A DNA stretch of 62,986 nt, filler included, from Sphacelaria rigidula (Eukaryota): assembly GCA_964200075.2 (NCBI GenBank). It is 10 parts of 10 records of this genome, joined end to end, with 100 filler letters (N's around TTAATTAATTAA, not from the genome) between each part and the next. Parts side by side here need not be neighbours in the genome. Positions count along the whole stretch, not along the records: positions 37,855 to 44,062 come from CAXNAA020021504.1; positions 44,163 to 50,370 come from CAXNAA020021505.1; positions 50,471 to 56,678 come from CAXNAA020021506.1; 7 more parts are not named here. One strand, written 5' to 3'. Shown in pieces: positions 38,328-51,332 of this stretch (the first letter of the stretch is position 1; each line of letters opens with the position of its first letter). A program made the translations under genes and the position numbers. The notes beneath the pieces were generated by a model, which did not search any database, had not been told where the DNA came from, and saw only the letters and a program-made list of their open reading frames with translations.

Positions 38328-39917
38328 TTTACGACTAAAGAAAATCAAATCAAGGTAAATTGTCTGGTCCTAGATATTTCCTCGTAAAAATGTTTAATGT
38401 CGCCCAAGTGTCGCCAGTGGTCGTTGCAAGAAATTGTGTGATCCTGTGGCAAAATTGTCGCGGGAAGGGGTCCGTACCCCCAGTCATGGTTGAAATTTCA
38501 TCATGGGCGTGAACGACATTTCAAAGTATGTATAAAAGTCGTTCTGGCCCCTTCAAACAGCCGTCCAGATCCCTTCTCGCCAGATTTAGCCTAAAGGGAC
38601 CGTTCCAGAATATGTAGGGATCCCCTCCATGGAGGGGCATATCGAAACTAAATGATTCATTCATCAATTGACCGCTTCTCGCTCTCAATCGTATCACCAA
38701 CTCTCAATCTCACGAAAACGTTGTTTGAACGAATTTGGATCCTGAGAACCGATATTGTAGGATCCTATCATAGGTGAAAAAACAGTTGTGGGGAACGTAG
38801 GTGATGCGATCGGATTTTCATCCTCGATTTTGAAAACCGGTAGTCTGAGTCCCTTCTTTCGGCGAAAATCGGCCCTGAATCGTCAGATTAAGCTTTCGGG
38901 GAAAGATTGTTTTACACAGCGTGAGAAGCGGACTGATCGATCAATGGATGAAGTGAAAGAAAGCAGCAACCTGCCACTGGGGGATGGGGGGTGCGTCAGC
39001 ACAATAGATAGTAGGTTCATTCGTAGTGCCGGTGCCGGAAATATTTAAAATGAACGGCGGGTCTTTGCTCCAGCCCAGGGCTTTAGGTAAGGAGACCGTA
39101 CAAGGACAAAACAACACACAACAAGGCAGTGAAAGCAGTTTGCTACTCAGATATCTGAAGATGACACGGCTCAGACTTCCAAGGACTACACTATTTGGGC
39201 AGGAACTTTCACCCACGAGCTCTACCGTGGCGAGACACGAACACTAATGATACGGCATGAGACCGCTTTCCGCGATCCGAAAATGCACACATCGAAAAAC
39301 TACCTTATTGACCCCTCGGGGTCGTTTTACGCCCGAGAAGAGGGTCAGGCAGATTCTCACACCTCGGCATGACTCGCGCTCTACTTTTTGAGGCGATTCT
39401 AAAGCACCGTTGTGTTTACCGATGGTCGCGGTGCCGTTTCTGCCAAACCAGCGATTTGTTGGACAAGCGTTCAAAATCCACGAAACCCTTGATTCATTTG
39501 GTACGTTTCAGCGCATGAAGTGCTTTTTGGTGATCAGCTTGGACAATCCCCAATCCGCTCCAATGTCAATCTGCATGCACACAAAAATGTGAAAGTGTGC
39601 CGGAATCCTCTCGGATAGTACTCTGAAGCATCTTCGAGGTGGCAAAAATCTCACAGTCCTCTTCTGGGGCAAGAATGTCGCGGGAGGTTAAAAAACACCT
39701 TTAGTGGAAAGTCATGTTTTCTTCAATCATAGGAAGCTATCTTCAGCGAGGATACGAGTGCAAGCCAGCTTTCCCTACCGGTGCACTCATTTCCTTTCGA
39801 ACTCTGCCCCTGGGCCGATACCTTCTTGGCGCTCACGAGAGAGAGGCATCGAACGAGATAATCCAGCAGTAGTATACAGCGTGAGTCCAAGTTTTTTTGT
39901 CCGGGTTGCCTGTGAAC

Positions 39918-41227
39918 AGCCGGTTTTCAAAATTGGGGATGAAGCTTTCACTGAGGATGATAACTCGGATCATTAACAGCTTCATATCCACGCCAATTGC
40001 TCGAAATATGATTGCATTCCTTGACGTTGTGGTAGTTGTTAGTTATTGACAACGACAACACGTCATACAAATTTGGATTTCGATGACCGAAATTATGGGG
40101 TGCTACGGACGGTTAACCGCACGAGGGTCCAAGGAGGCCGGCCGCCCCGCCCCCCCCAAGCAATGGGAGGAAACCCTCCAGGAGGACCTATGTGCACTAG
40201 GGGCTGTTCCGCACAAGGGAGCAAGGCGGAAATGGTTCGTATACGGTGTAGAGGTTAACGATGCATACGATTGGATCACTACGGCGAAGAACATGGGCAA
40301 ATGGCATCTTGGAGTCGAAAAAGGAGCGGAAGAATTTGGGGACACGTGGCGACGCGCGGACAAGCAAAAATCGGACCGCCGTCACAAACAAGAGGCTGCT
40401 GCGTCGAAGGCCGCCAATCCAAGAATCCCGTCTGCTCATATGGGTTGTTGATTGTGTCCTTAGTCGGTGGCTCTGCGATGCCTCCTGGTGTGAATCGGTA
40501 TCTACTCTGCTGCCCCGAATTTTCTTTAGGCTTCACTGCTGTAGTCTCCTTCCCTGTTTATTATTATTATTTTTCTCCTTTTCCCCATCTTTCTCGCTAT
40601 ATACTGTATCTGTTCTTGCCTGCCGATGTATGGCAGAGCAGTGTGGCACCCCGCTTCTTTTGTGGCCTTTTGTTTTCTACGACTGGGTATGAGTGTGGTT
40701 CTGCGAGGGACCTTGTATGCCGAAGCCAGGCGGGAGAGACCGACCATTTCTTTCTTTCTTGCCTTTCCTTTCCTTTCCTTTCGATTCCTTTCCTTTCTTC
40801 CTACCTCTTAGTCTACGATGTTGTTCTGTGCTACTTTTTTTGGTTTCTTCTTTTTTTCCGCAGCGAGTGTTTCAGTTTTGTTTCGTCTTGGGTACATCTA
40901 CCATGTGACCACGGGTGGATCACTGGGGGGGCAGTTAAAGTGCGACGACTAATCAATCAATACGAAAATCAGGTGAAATACCAATTCTGGGAAATTTGGG
41001 TGATACACTTTCATCCCCTAAATTCCCCAGAATTGGTATTTTACTCAGGACCCCAAAATTTCGCTTATCGGATTTCAAAGTTGTATGACGTGCAGTAGCT
41101 GTCAATAGCTACCAGCAGGTGAAGGAGTGTAATCATATCTCAAAGAATTGGTGTGGATGCGAATCCTTAAATTTGCCGGGTGATCATTCTTCATGAAAAG
41201 CTCCATCCTTATTTTCGAAAATCGGCT
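39918..41227. mobile_element. Palindromic MITE interrupted by a LINE
   Basis: Arms 39918-40101 and ~41050-41227 are inverted and homologous to the intact element at 57434-57873. The same terminus starts contig 8 (44163). Confidence 0.75.
40102..40961 (+). mobile_element. 5'-truncated RTE-like LINE (ORF C-terminus to 40451, 3' UTR, (CAAT)n tail)
   Basis: GRP..KQWEETLQEDLCALG...DWITTAKNMGKWHLGVEKG matches the RTE C-terminal pattern GRP..W...DL...W...A....W. T-rich UTR and short tandem tail. Confidence 0.8.
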
Positions 41228-41278
41228 CAATGTGGCGTGAACAGATCGACACTCAGCAAGGTTTGTGCATGGCAACCA

Positions 41279-43800
41279 TGTTGACAGTTTGCCTTCCTCG
41301 GAAGGACTTGTTCTTATCAGTCTTCGTTCGTTTTTGGTGTTGCAATAAGTCGAAACGACGCTTCTCTATTGCGCCTTGAATGACTTTCTGGTGGGTAGAA
41401 GCGGGAAGGACGGGCTTTGCCCCAGCGGCTTAATGTTCCCAATTTATAGTCTCTGATGATTTTTTATTCTTGTGTGGGGAAGAGTCCTAAAATACGAGTA
41501 CTTTCGTTGTGTCCTTGAAGTTCAGCGGTGCAATTGTATATCCCCGAAGGATTGTTTGATGTAACTGTAGCAGAGGCTCGTCTAGGTGAGTTCGTGTCAT
41601 GAGGCTATGACACGATACCGCTTATCTTACACCCCCTGGTCTTTCCTAGACCCATTGATCATGAATCTTCGGCAGGCCCTGTAGACATTAGCCCCAAGAT
41701 GGCGATGTCTCCTTGCGATCCATGAGTGATGAAGCTGCACGCAAGCCCAGCTTTCCCTACCAGGCCACTGCTTCCCTTTTCAAACTATGTCTCTGCAATG
41801 ATGCCCTCTATACTCTCTTGGTGATAACGAGAGAGAGTCACTGGACAGGACAATCAAGCGATAATCAACGTGAATCAGAGCTTCATGTCTGGCCATTAAG
41901 TACCCAATTATATGTCACATGAACAGCTGAGCGGAGCTGTATAAAGAGCATGGCAGATAAACCCTCATCGCTTGTGTATAGCATACCACCTGCAAAAGGT
42001 TTGCCAACACCTAAGCTTGACACAAAAAATCAAGTTGAGAAAACCCATCCACATCCATGTACAACGTGGCACGATAGTGATAACGATGATCAGGGTTGGT
42101 CCGGTCTAGGGAAAATATCGAACAGCGACAACCTGAGACAGTATACTTTTAGGACCCCGGACAACCGGTTAGCCGGTAACTTGTGCAAAGTTGACGGTAG
42201 AATGAATTTATTTTCGAAATTTGTGTCGGGTGCCGATGTCTCTCCAGCCACGAAGCTTAGGATCAAAGGTCAACCGTGATGATTCTTGAAAACCGAAAAA
42301 CGTGATAAAACCGCTCTCAATCGATATAAGTATTCAGATGTTGACAACCACAGATGTATGGCACTGTGCGCCTCCACAGGTATTGGTTCACCCTTCGACA
42401 TCGTTGGCGCACGCAGAGGTCAACATTTCTGAAGGATCGGTGAGCACAGTGTCTTGTTTCGGTATCGGTGTCGTGTGTGCTTCCGCTGCATACCGGCATT
42501 GAGTGGACGGATGCTGGTCCTGGTATGAAGATATATGGCGCACGACCGAATGTTCCGTCCAGTCCACTGGAGTGGGTGAAAGTCCTGAGCATGTGAGAGT
42601 GCCAAGTAAAGAAACGTTCGTGCCGATCGCATCGCACTCCTTTTCATACGCTATGTTTCTTGGACATGGGTGCTCTCGTTGTAGGCGGTGAAATTCCGTC
42701 GAAGCTTCAAATTAGTTTAGCGCGTACAAAAATTAACTTGTAGCCCATAAGACGTCGTCAGTTAAAATGTTGGCCTCTCCGGTTTTATCGGTCAAAACTT
42801 TCGCTGTCTCTACGTATGCACACATACGAACCCAGCCCGCTATCGAGAAAGATGAAATCCGGCCGAGGCTCAATGTCTTGGTTGTGAAAATAGCAAACGA
42901 TGTCGTTTCCTACGACATATTTACCGTATTTACCTTGCACGGGAATTGATCAGCGGACTTTAATTGAGCTCTGAGATTTATCAATATTTCTTGTTTCAGA
43001 GAACATTCCACCTTTAAATTTCTATTTACCTGGCTTTTGATAGCGGGCCGGGCCTGTAGCTGACCTTCGTTCCTTCTTTGCACCGCCATCCTGTCATTTC
43101 TGCAGGTGCCTGCAGATCGAGATTATTAGAAGGGTTCATTGTGGGCCGCGTGCTATTTGTGGTAGACAGAAAGGGCTTGGGCCTTGGATGTTCCGAGAAT
43201 AGCTAGAATAGTCATTCAGCAAGGTTCGACCTCGAATGTGCTGGGATTTCAACTAGCCTTCGATACTATTGTCTTTCCCCATAACCTTCATTTACGCATC
43301 TTGAGGAGCCTGTTTGTGCATTGAACCAAGTCATGAAAGTGCGCAGCGACATATGTGTACGCAAATCGGCATGTTCCCGATCAAATGCATCCTTTGGTGC
43401 GACGCTTAGGTCGTACTTCGTGATGTTGGCTCCGAAGCCGGGACATTCTACGGACGCGGCAACTTGGAAGATTTGCGTAGACTAGACAGAGACGAGCACG
43501 TGAGAGTAGAGCCTGGAGACCTCGTGAGGTTCGGCGAGCATAACTCGGAGCTATACAGGTGCGGCACTCCTTGCCACGATACACCTCGTGTGGCTGGCGA
43601 GCGTCAATACACTGTGCTGAACTGCTACCTGAAATCTCATGAAAAATTTCAACACTCACTTGCTATAATAGTCTCACAAACGCATTCCCCGTGCACGCTT
43701 GCGCTGATACAGATGCGAGCGAAGGCCACCAGAAGTCAAGAACGATACCCTGGCAGATCAGCCAGACCAAGTTCGTAGTGGTGAAGCTGAAGATGCTGAA
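41279..43800 (-). mobile_element. Highly degraded Ty3/gypsy-like LTR retrotransposon, 3' part
   Basis: PPT AGGAAAGACCAGGGGG (41647-41632) directly precedes TGTAAG...GTCAACA (candidate LTR 41631-41279). Faint integrase-like FHP/HSSGL motif at ~42570 and KL..GP motif at ~42170. The upper boundary is a guess. Confidence 0.45.
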
Positions 43801-44178
43801 AGTCTGTCGTCGCGAGCAAGAGCAAGCCAGGATGGTGGGTAGTCGATAGTGTAAAATCAGCCAACCCTGCTTTTACTCGGCACCGGTTCGTGTGCTATTG
43901 ATGGCTCGGTCAATTCGTCGGGTGGGCAACGTGAGGACGAAGAGAGCTGCCTTGCAACCCGAAGACATATGAACGGCTTGTGGGGATCGGGTGGTGGGGG
44001 TGTACTCATTTCTTGCTTGCCTTAGTCGTTCGATCATTGACCACGCATCCCTTTCGAGACGGNNNNNNNNNNNNNNNNNNNNNNNNNNNNNNNNNNNNNN
44101 NNNNNNTTAATTAATTAANNNNNNNNNNNNNNNNNNNNNNNNNNNNNNNNNNNNNNNNNNNNATTTTCGAAAATCGGC

Positions 44179-44387
44179 TGTTAGTTGTTGTTGTTGTTGT
44201 CGTCGTCGTCGTCGTCGCCGTCTTTACAGTAAAAACCGTTACGATATCTGCGCGGTACTTTCGTACTGGGCATCTGATGCGGACGCCTTGCTTGTTCACA
44301 GGCTAGCTACCTATAATTAGGTATGAGGAAATCAAACAAGAACCAAAGAAAAAAAGAGATCCAGAATGAAACTCACAAAACGCGATT
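44179..44387 (-). mobile_element. Retroposon 3' end, family B
   Basis: Aligns with 32052-32225. Tail is (GAC)n(AAC)n. Confidence 0.8.
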
Positions 44388-45769
44388 AGTATTGTGAGTT
44401 TATACGTAACAAATAAGATGCTTACATTATTACGAGCAAAATGACAGTAGATTTGGGACCTGAACCTGACAGTAGAAAAAGTACAGACAGTACTACTCGT
44501 GGTACGAGCTGGGCCAGCCTAGATGCGGATTTGGAGGTTGCAGGCCCATTCGCAATTTATAGTACTGGGCCCCTGAAGTATTTTCCCTCAGACGAGTTTT
44601 TTCTCGCGACTACTTTTGGTAAAACGAACAAATCGTGTTCCTCCCCCCAGTGCCCAAGTTAGTGCTAGCTGGTGTTTTCGGGGGATACGAGCAGATACCC
44701 CGTTCATCGGGAGGGTGTTATTGAACGTGAAACACAGTTTTTCGGCTCTAGTGCAATGATTCGGGAGAATTTAAAGAATAAACCTACACATTTCTTCACA
44801 ATACGATTGGGACAGGCTCGATCGACCGCTAGTACTGAAGAACCACAATCTGGGCTGAAGCGTGTCAGGACCCTCGATGACCAGTCCGCCCGTCAGTCAC
44901 TCAATATTGAGTGCATATCATTTTTTCCCTCGGAACGTGGAGCGGATACAAGTATCTTCAGATTCCCAATGTGATGAGCGGTGGCAAGCAAGAGAGCCCA
45001 GGAAAATTGCCACATGCAAAGAAATTACAAAATTGATAGTTCAGGCGCACAGTACTGAATACTTACAGAGTTGGACTCTAAAATTTGGTATGGACAACCA
45101 ATAGGGCCTAATAATGAAATATAGTACGCATGAACCCGAAGTTTTTTTTTCATGATTTAACGGCATATTACGGATACCTAAAAACTGATTATTGCCTTCA
45201 CTCATGCAAAACACTTTTCGGGTCCACGTTTAACTTTTTATATTTTGCCCTCTTCGTTGCCCGTACCAAATTTTAGGCTCCAACTCTGAATATTGGACGG
45301 CGAATGGGCCGTTTAGTAACCGATTCGGTAAAACTTCGGAACAGTATTTTGCAGGCCACTTACGGGCCCACGGTTGGTGTCCATCTCTGTGTCCGAGCGG
45401 CAAATTGCAGATCCGGCAACGGTCTGACGTTGTCACCGCATGATGCCGTTCGGGCTGGTGTGTCGGCAAGGTGGTCACCCATGTTCGTTGGATCTTTGTG
45501 AGCTCTGGCATAGTGATATGTACGCATCGTTTGATCTTCCTGGTCCTCGGGCCAACCAGCAGGGGCGATACACTCTCCAGGTCGTTGGGTTTCGGCCTTT
45601 TTTCGTGGGGTATAATGTCACCGAAAATGGCTATGGCTGTGAATGCTCTGCGTATCTTGTGCTGAGACGGCGATACGGTCACCACTTCATGAAAAAGGGT
45701 CGACAGTAGAACAAAAAAGGGGGAAATATAACTTTTGAGCAGAGGGCAGGGTGTCCTCCTGTTTTGCTT

Positions 45770-47107
45770 CACACGTGGACAAATAGCACCCTGTGGGGCA
45801 CGTCTACAGGGTTCAGGGAAACTGTGCAGTGTTTCTCGCGGGGATCTGGGTGTAGTTGTTTTTTTGCGCCCCACAGGACGCTTCACAGGGTTTCAGGGAA
45901 ATTGTGCAGGGTTTCTCGCGGGGATTTTACTATATGGGGTATTATTTTGTGCCACACAGGGCACTTCACAGGGTTTCGTCACCCCGTATAGAATTCATCA
46001 ATATATATGCTGTACAGCCTTTGCAGCGCACATACAACATACTCCCTACAGCATGGGCATGGTACTGGCAGAAAAAAATGGTCAAGGAATGACAGCAATG
46101 GGACTCACACTCACGATCTAGCGCTTTGAAGTGCGTTAGCGTGCACATTGAGGTACCTGGCTTTTTGTAACCCGCAAATATATTTTGTGCTTCTATTAAC
46201 TATCAAGCAAAAACCTCTCTAAACAAGAGCATACTCGGTTGAGTGATTTTGGTAGACTGCAGACCTCGGGGTTTTCAACAAAAGCAATGTGGACTCATAT
46301 GCGAGGTATATACCGTTCCACAAGCATCTTATCACGCCAAGCTTGTGCTTGAAGCACAGGTGTGGACATACACACGTAAGCAATGTGTGGGATCTCTACT
46401 CAGCGAAAGCTGTTGAGAAATGTTCATCCTTTGGGGCTATAGAATGAATTGCTCTCAACAACTTTTGTTGCGTATATGATCCCATAGGCTGGTAACGGTG
46501 CAGTATGCGGGATATGCACAGCTGACGCTGCTTGCAATAAATGTCTTTTTCCCCAATTCCCGACTGAAATTGGAGGGCAAAGTGAAGATTTATTTTGATC
46601 TCCTTCTGCTGTTCTAATTCCAACTCTGCCAGTGTGCATGGGATATGCGCAGCAGAATAAGCTGTTCGAAATAGATCCTTTTTTTCCCCAATTTAAATAA
46701 GCGAAAAAAGGATTAATTTTGAATAGGTTCTTCCGCTGTTCGAAATATGTCCTTTTTTTGCCCAAATAAAATGGGCGAAAAAAGGATCTGTTTTGAATAG
46801 CTTCTCCTGCTGTCCGAGATAAATTCCTTTTTGCCCGATTCAAATCGGGCCAAAAGGAATTTATCTCGGACAGCAGGAGAAGCTATTAAAAAAAATAACT
46901 TTGCAGATTTTATACCAAAATAATTAGGAATTTTCGAAATTGGGAAGGCCTCTCCACAGGGTTGCTCGCAGGGTTTTGACAAAAACGCTATGCAAAATGC
47001 TATTACAGGTACTAGGGTTTGCAAATGCTGCACAGGGGTTTTCACAAAGACTGTGGAGAACCCTGTGCAGCTCGTCCTACAGGGTGCTATTTGTCCACGT
47101 ACGTGTG
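45770..47107. mobile_element. TIR element CACACGTGGACA.ATAGCACCCTGT, copy 1, inserted in the TIR of the long-TIR family
   Basis: Inverted termini. The flanks match 11450-11860 and 11910-12090. The interior 46380-47100 is homologous to 61095-61900. Confidence 0.8.
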
Positions 47108-47559
47108 TAAATACTCGAGTATTTTACTCGAGAACTCAAAAGTACATACTCTACTCCACCTACCCTTGAACACTCGTGAAAATGAACACAAACGGACGGA
47201 TATGCTGCCCAGACACCTTAGGCGTGGGGCTGAGGCGCTTGAATGTGTTTTCGAGGTGTTTAGCCCGCGTGAAGCACCGCGCCTCGAAGCGAAAATGCGT
47301 TACCCTTTTTTGTTTCAAAAGTACCAGGGTGTACCCTTTTTTGTATATAATAGCATTTTTTTTGCACACCTTATCTCCGCGTGCTGCCAGCCTTGGCTCG
47401 TTTGCATCCTCCTCTCCTCAAGGAGAGTCTATGCTGCTGCGTGTTACAGATGGATGATTTTCGAAACACTTCCTGCTTTGAATGGGATTTGAATGTCATC
47501 TGAGACTTTTAGCTCCTCAATGTGAGGAGTCACATTTTCCACATTTTTGATTTTTTTCA

Positions 47560-47785
47560 AGAAAAAGCAAGCCAAATAATGCCATTTTCTCGCCTCCGGC
47601 GGCGCTCCCGCGAGGCCTCCTCACCAGCCGGGGAGGGGCGTTTGTGGCTCGCGGCTTCACCGTTCGCCACCGATGTTTTTACAGTTAATTGGCTTTGCGG
47701 ATTAATTAAGGAAACATCGACGTACTGGCCGCTGGCACGGCTAGTTTAAAATTAACTGGCCAGAGCAGCTAGTTCACAGCCCTAG
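47560..47785 (-). mobile_element. hAT-like MITE end (TAGGGCTGTG) with an internal hairpin
   Basis: The reverse complement begins TAGGGCTGTGAAC. Homologous to 10166-10248 plus 11292-11325. Confidence 0.6.
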
Positions 47786-48879
47786 CACTTTTCGTGGGCG
47801 GCGGCCTATCGTGTTTACTGGCGTGCTCCAACGTGACGCTTGGCTGTTGAAGATGTTGTTAGACCCATCATGTATGTATCCTGCACTACTGTGGGACAGC
47901 ATTCCCTCTTGAGACGAAACGTATTTCAATACCACTGCAATATCTCGCGAGTAAAGAGTTCGAGAGTTTGATGTCGCTGGTTGGCAGGATCGTACAGGCC
48001 CATTATTCAGCAGTACAATATCTCAAACTCGGGGCTCGCGCTATTATCGAAGGCCGGGGCTCCCGAAATATTTGAGAGAAATTTACAGTCGAACATTAAA
48101 TATACCGGGCATCTCGCGTTTGATATACCTCAACAAATATAAAAGTACTCAACAAGATAGGTGAAGGGGGTATTCGACGCGTAGCCTCACTATAATTATG
48201 TACATTCTCGGTCACAATCACACGGTCTGCTGCCACGGGCAACTAACAGTGTCATGGTGCTGTGCTCTGCTGTTATATCCGCGTGGATGCCGTGTTTTGC
48301 AAATCGCTCATGTCTCTCGCCCTCTTGGATCTTTGCTGTTACCGGGGTCACTCCAAGCTTAGTGCAAAATTTGCAGCATGCTTGCTTCCTGTCAGTTGTA
48401 TGCCCAGATACACACACCACACCACCAGCTGCCTGTAGACATTGAAGACGGTGCGGTGTTGTAGCGTACACTCGTAGCAGCACAGCAGGCAAGTAGGTCG
48501 CTAGTGAATTGCTTCTGTTATTCGCTTCGCCAGTGCGTATGTCCGCAAAGGACGACCACCGCACGTGATTGCAACAACAGCTCGACCACCGCTCGCTGCC
48601 GATGCACGCACCGTCAAAGAAGATGGACATCGCCCGCCCACGGCGCTTTCTACTCTCGGATATGGCCCAGGGTGTTACTGGCAAGGTCCGTGATGACTCT
48701 CGCACGCTTACAAGCGCCACGGCGTGCGCACAGGGCAGCTTCGCCAAATGTCGCCTTGCAGTCCGATACGTTCAGATTCTCTTAAAGCGTGAGTCTTCGG
48801 AGCAGCGGTCAAGCCGCTTCATTGCGAGAGGAGGGTGGATACCGTGGGTCTAAAAACGCGAAAATTTCCACACTCTGTA

Positions 48880-49756
48880 CAGCTACAAACAGTTGGTAGT
48901 TGATTCTCAAACAACTGACTACTCATAATCGTGTGCAATTAGTTGTTCCCAAGAAACTAGCTGTTCATAATCTTGTCAACTAGTTGTTCCCAAGAAACCA
49001 ACTGTTCTTAATCTTGTGCAAGTAGTTGTTTTCAAACCGCTAACTGTTCAGAATCGTGCGCAACTAGTCGTTCTCAAACAACCAACTCTTCACAACCGTG
49101 CGCAAATAGTTGTTCCCAAACAACTTTTTGTTCAGAATCGTGCGCACTTAGTTTTTTCAGACAACTACCAGGTAGTTGGTCGACGAACAACTAACTATAT
49201 TTGGTTATAGTTGGAAAAAATGATTATGCTCTAAAGGATGTTGTGAACCCGTATCTGTGCAGGACAGGGAGTAGGCCAGCGAGATCAGGCCGATCTTTTC
49301 CTGGATGAAGCAACAGGCAGAAGTATGCGGTGTGATGCAAAGCAAAGAAATACGCCATCCAGGATGCGAACATGACACGTTCAAGGTTTGGGCTTTACTC
49401 CTGTTTAATGTATGCATCACGTCCTTGATCAACCACGATTATTCCCGTCTGACATCGAAACACAAACATTTTTGCTGTCTGGTGCTGGTGCTGGTGTAGG
49501 GGCGACGGGTGGCACAGCCATTTGGTGCGCTTAGCCTCTCTTGTGTGTTTGTGCGTGAATGCGTGGGGTGCTCACACGTTCATGCTTCAGGTCGATCTCA
49601 GCAAACGGTCTAATTGAAATTGTTCCACGTTGTTGACAACTACCCGTGCCACCAAACAACTACTCGCTCAGAATCGTGCGCAACTTGTTGTTTAGAAACA
49701 ACTAGCCAGTAGTTGATCGACAAACAACTAACTGAGTTAGTTATTAGCCATAGTTG
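48880..49756. mobile_element. TA-flanked element with ~42-bp tandem subterminal repeats
   Basis: TA|CAGCTA...TAGTTG|TA. About six units of AATCGTGCGCAACTAGTTGTT..CAAACAAC at 48925-49170, and one more at ~49670. Confidence 0.55.
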
Positions 49757-49879
49757 TACACGTGTGAACGTTTCACACATCTCTCCGAAAAAACAGTGTC
49801 GATATAAAATGGACCATTGTCAACGTCCTGCCTCCAGTAGCCTGAATGGTCGCATACGCATCAGAACCAGCAGTATTTC

Positions 49880-50104
49880 TTCTTTTTCTTCTTCTTCTTC
49901 TTCTTCTTCTTCTTCTTTATTCGTTTTTTTCTTTCTCTTCTATCGTGTCTGTGTGAAGTTTTGTTGGGTTCGAGTTTATCTTTAGTTTTGTTGTACCCTT
50001 TATTGTGGTAGTTAGCCTGTGACCAAGGAACGCGTCCGCATCAGATGCCCAGTACAGAGTACTGCCAGATATCGGAATGATTTTAATGTGAAGGAAACAT
50101 CAGC

Positions 50105-50147
<43 letters not shown>

Positions 50148-50290
50148 GCTACAACTACAACTACAACTACAACTACAACTACAACTACAACTACAACTAC
50201 AACTACAACTACAACTACAACAGCAACAACAGCAACAACAACAACTACAGCAACTACAACTACAACAGCAACAACAACAACAACAACAAA
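49880..50290 (+). mobile_element. Retroposon 3' end, family B, with an expanded (CAA)/(ACAACT) tail; (TCT)n at the start
   Basis: Core 50012-50100 aligns with the other family B copies. The tail is ~190 bp. Confidence 0.8.
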
Positions 50291-50904
50291 CAAAAAACAA
50301 AAGTTGTGCGAATTGAGCTTTAACTTCGAAATGAGGTTCAAGCCTAAAACAGTGCTTTCCCCACGCTTTCNNNNNNNNNNNNNNNNNNNNNNNNNNNNNN
50401 NNNNNNNNNNNNNNTTAATTAATTAANNNNNNNNNNNNNNNNNNNNNNNNNNNNNNNNNNNNNNNNNNNNCTTTTGGGCAATCAGGCCGAAGACATCGTG
50501 AATTTGGTGATTTTGAGTCGTGATGATTCGTCCTAACCGTGATAGATTGTAAGAAGTAGCCTATCGTGAAAAAGACAAGAATGAGCGTTCTTTTTTCATG
50601 GGTTTCAGTTGGCCTTGGGGGTTTTAGAGAAGTCGAAGACAAACGTAAATAATGGCGGAACCTCCGTACGGTAAATACTCTCCACCACCTCCGTATATGG
50701 CTGGAATTACGCATAATAAACTACTGTACTGCTGTTGTGTGCGGGTTGATTTGTGCTGCGTAGAAACTCTGTCTTGGTGAGGGTCTGTTCGTCTGACTTG
50801 GTTTTAGTGTAGGCACCGAAACGCGATATGTTTCGTGTGCGTGCGGCAGGCGTTGACCGATGAAAATCGGGTTACCGAGACCGTTTTGCACGGCAACCAA
50901 TCAT

Positions 50905-51327
50905 CAGCGGATTCTCGAAAATGGGGTTGAATAAAAATGAGGCTCAACTCAAAAGCCGTGCTTTCCCTTACCTAAATTCGTGAAAAATTACTTTCATACA
51001 GACGATCCCATCCTTCCCGACCTCCCAAAATTTATTTCGGGGGATTTCTTGCCTCACGTTCCCCCACAGGACATTGCGGAAGCACACTTTTGCTTCGATT
51101 TCGGGGTGAAAAAAATACGTTTTTTTACCTAAAAATCGTGCTTTACCCTTCGGGGGAAAGGAAAGCTACTTACTGTGTAGAAATTCCCCGAAACAGCTTC
51201 AGGGGTGTCGAGGGATGGGATCGTCCATATGAAAGTCATTATTTGTCATGGAAATTCGTGCCAGGGAAAGGATTGCTTTCGAGTTGAACCTCATTTTCTT
51301 TTTCAACTTCATTTACGAGAATCACTG
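50905..51327. mobile_element. Palindromic (foldback) MITE
   Basis: CAGCGGATTCTCGAAAATG ... CATTTACGAGAATCACTG, with degenerate arms of ~145 bp. Confidence 0.7.
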
Positions 51328-51332
51328 TTAAT

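Noticed and set aside
48196..48747. 184-codon ORF with SIFFDG and CKFC as hAT or RNase H
   Set aside because: The motifs are short and in the wrong order, with no corroborating residues.
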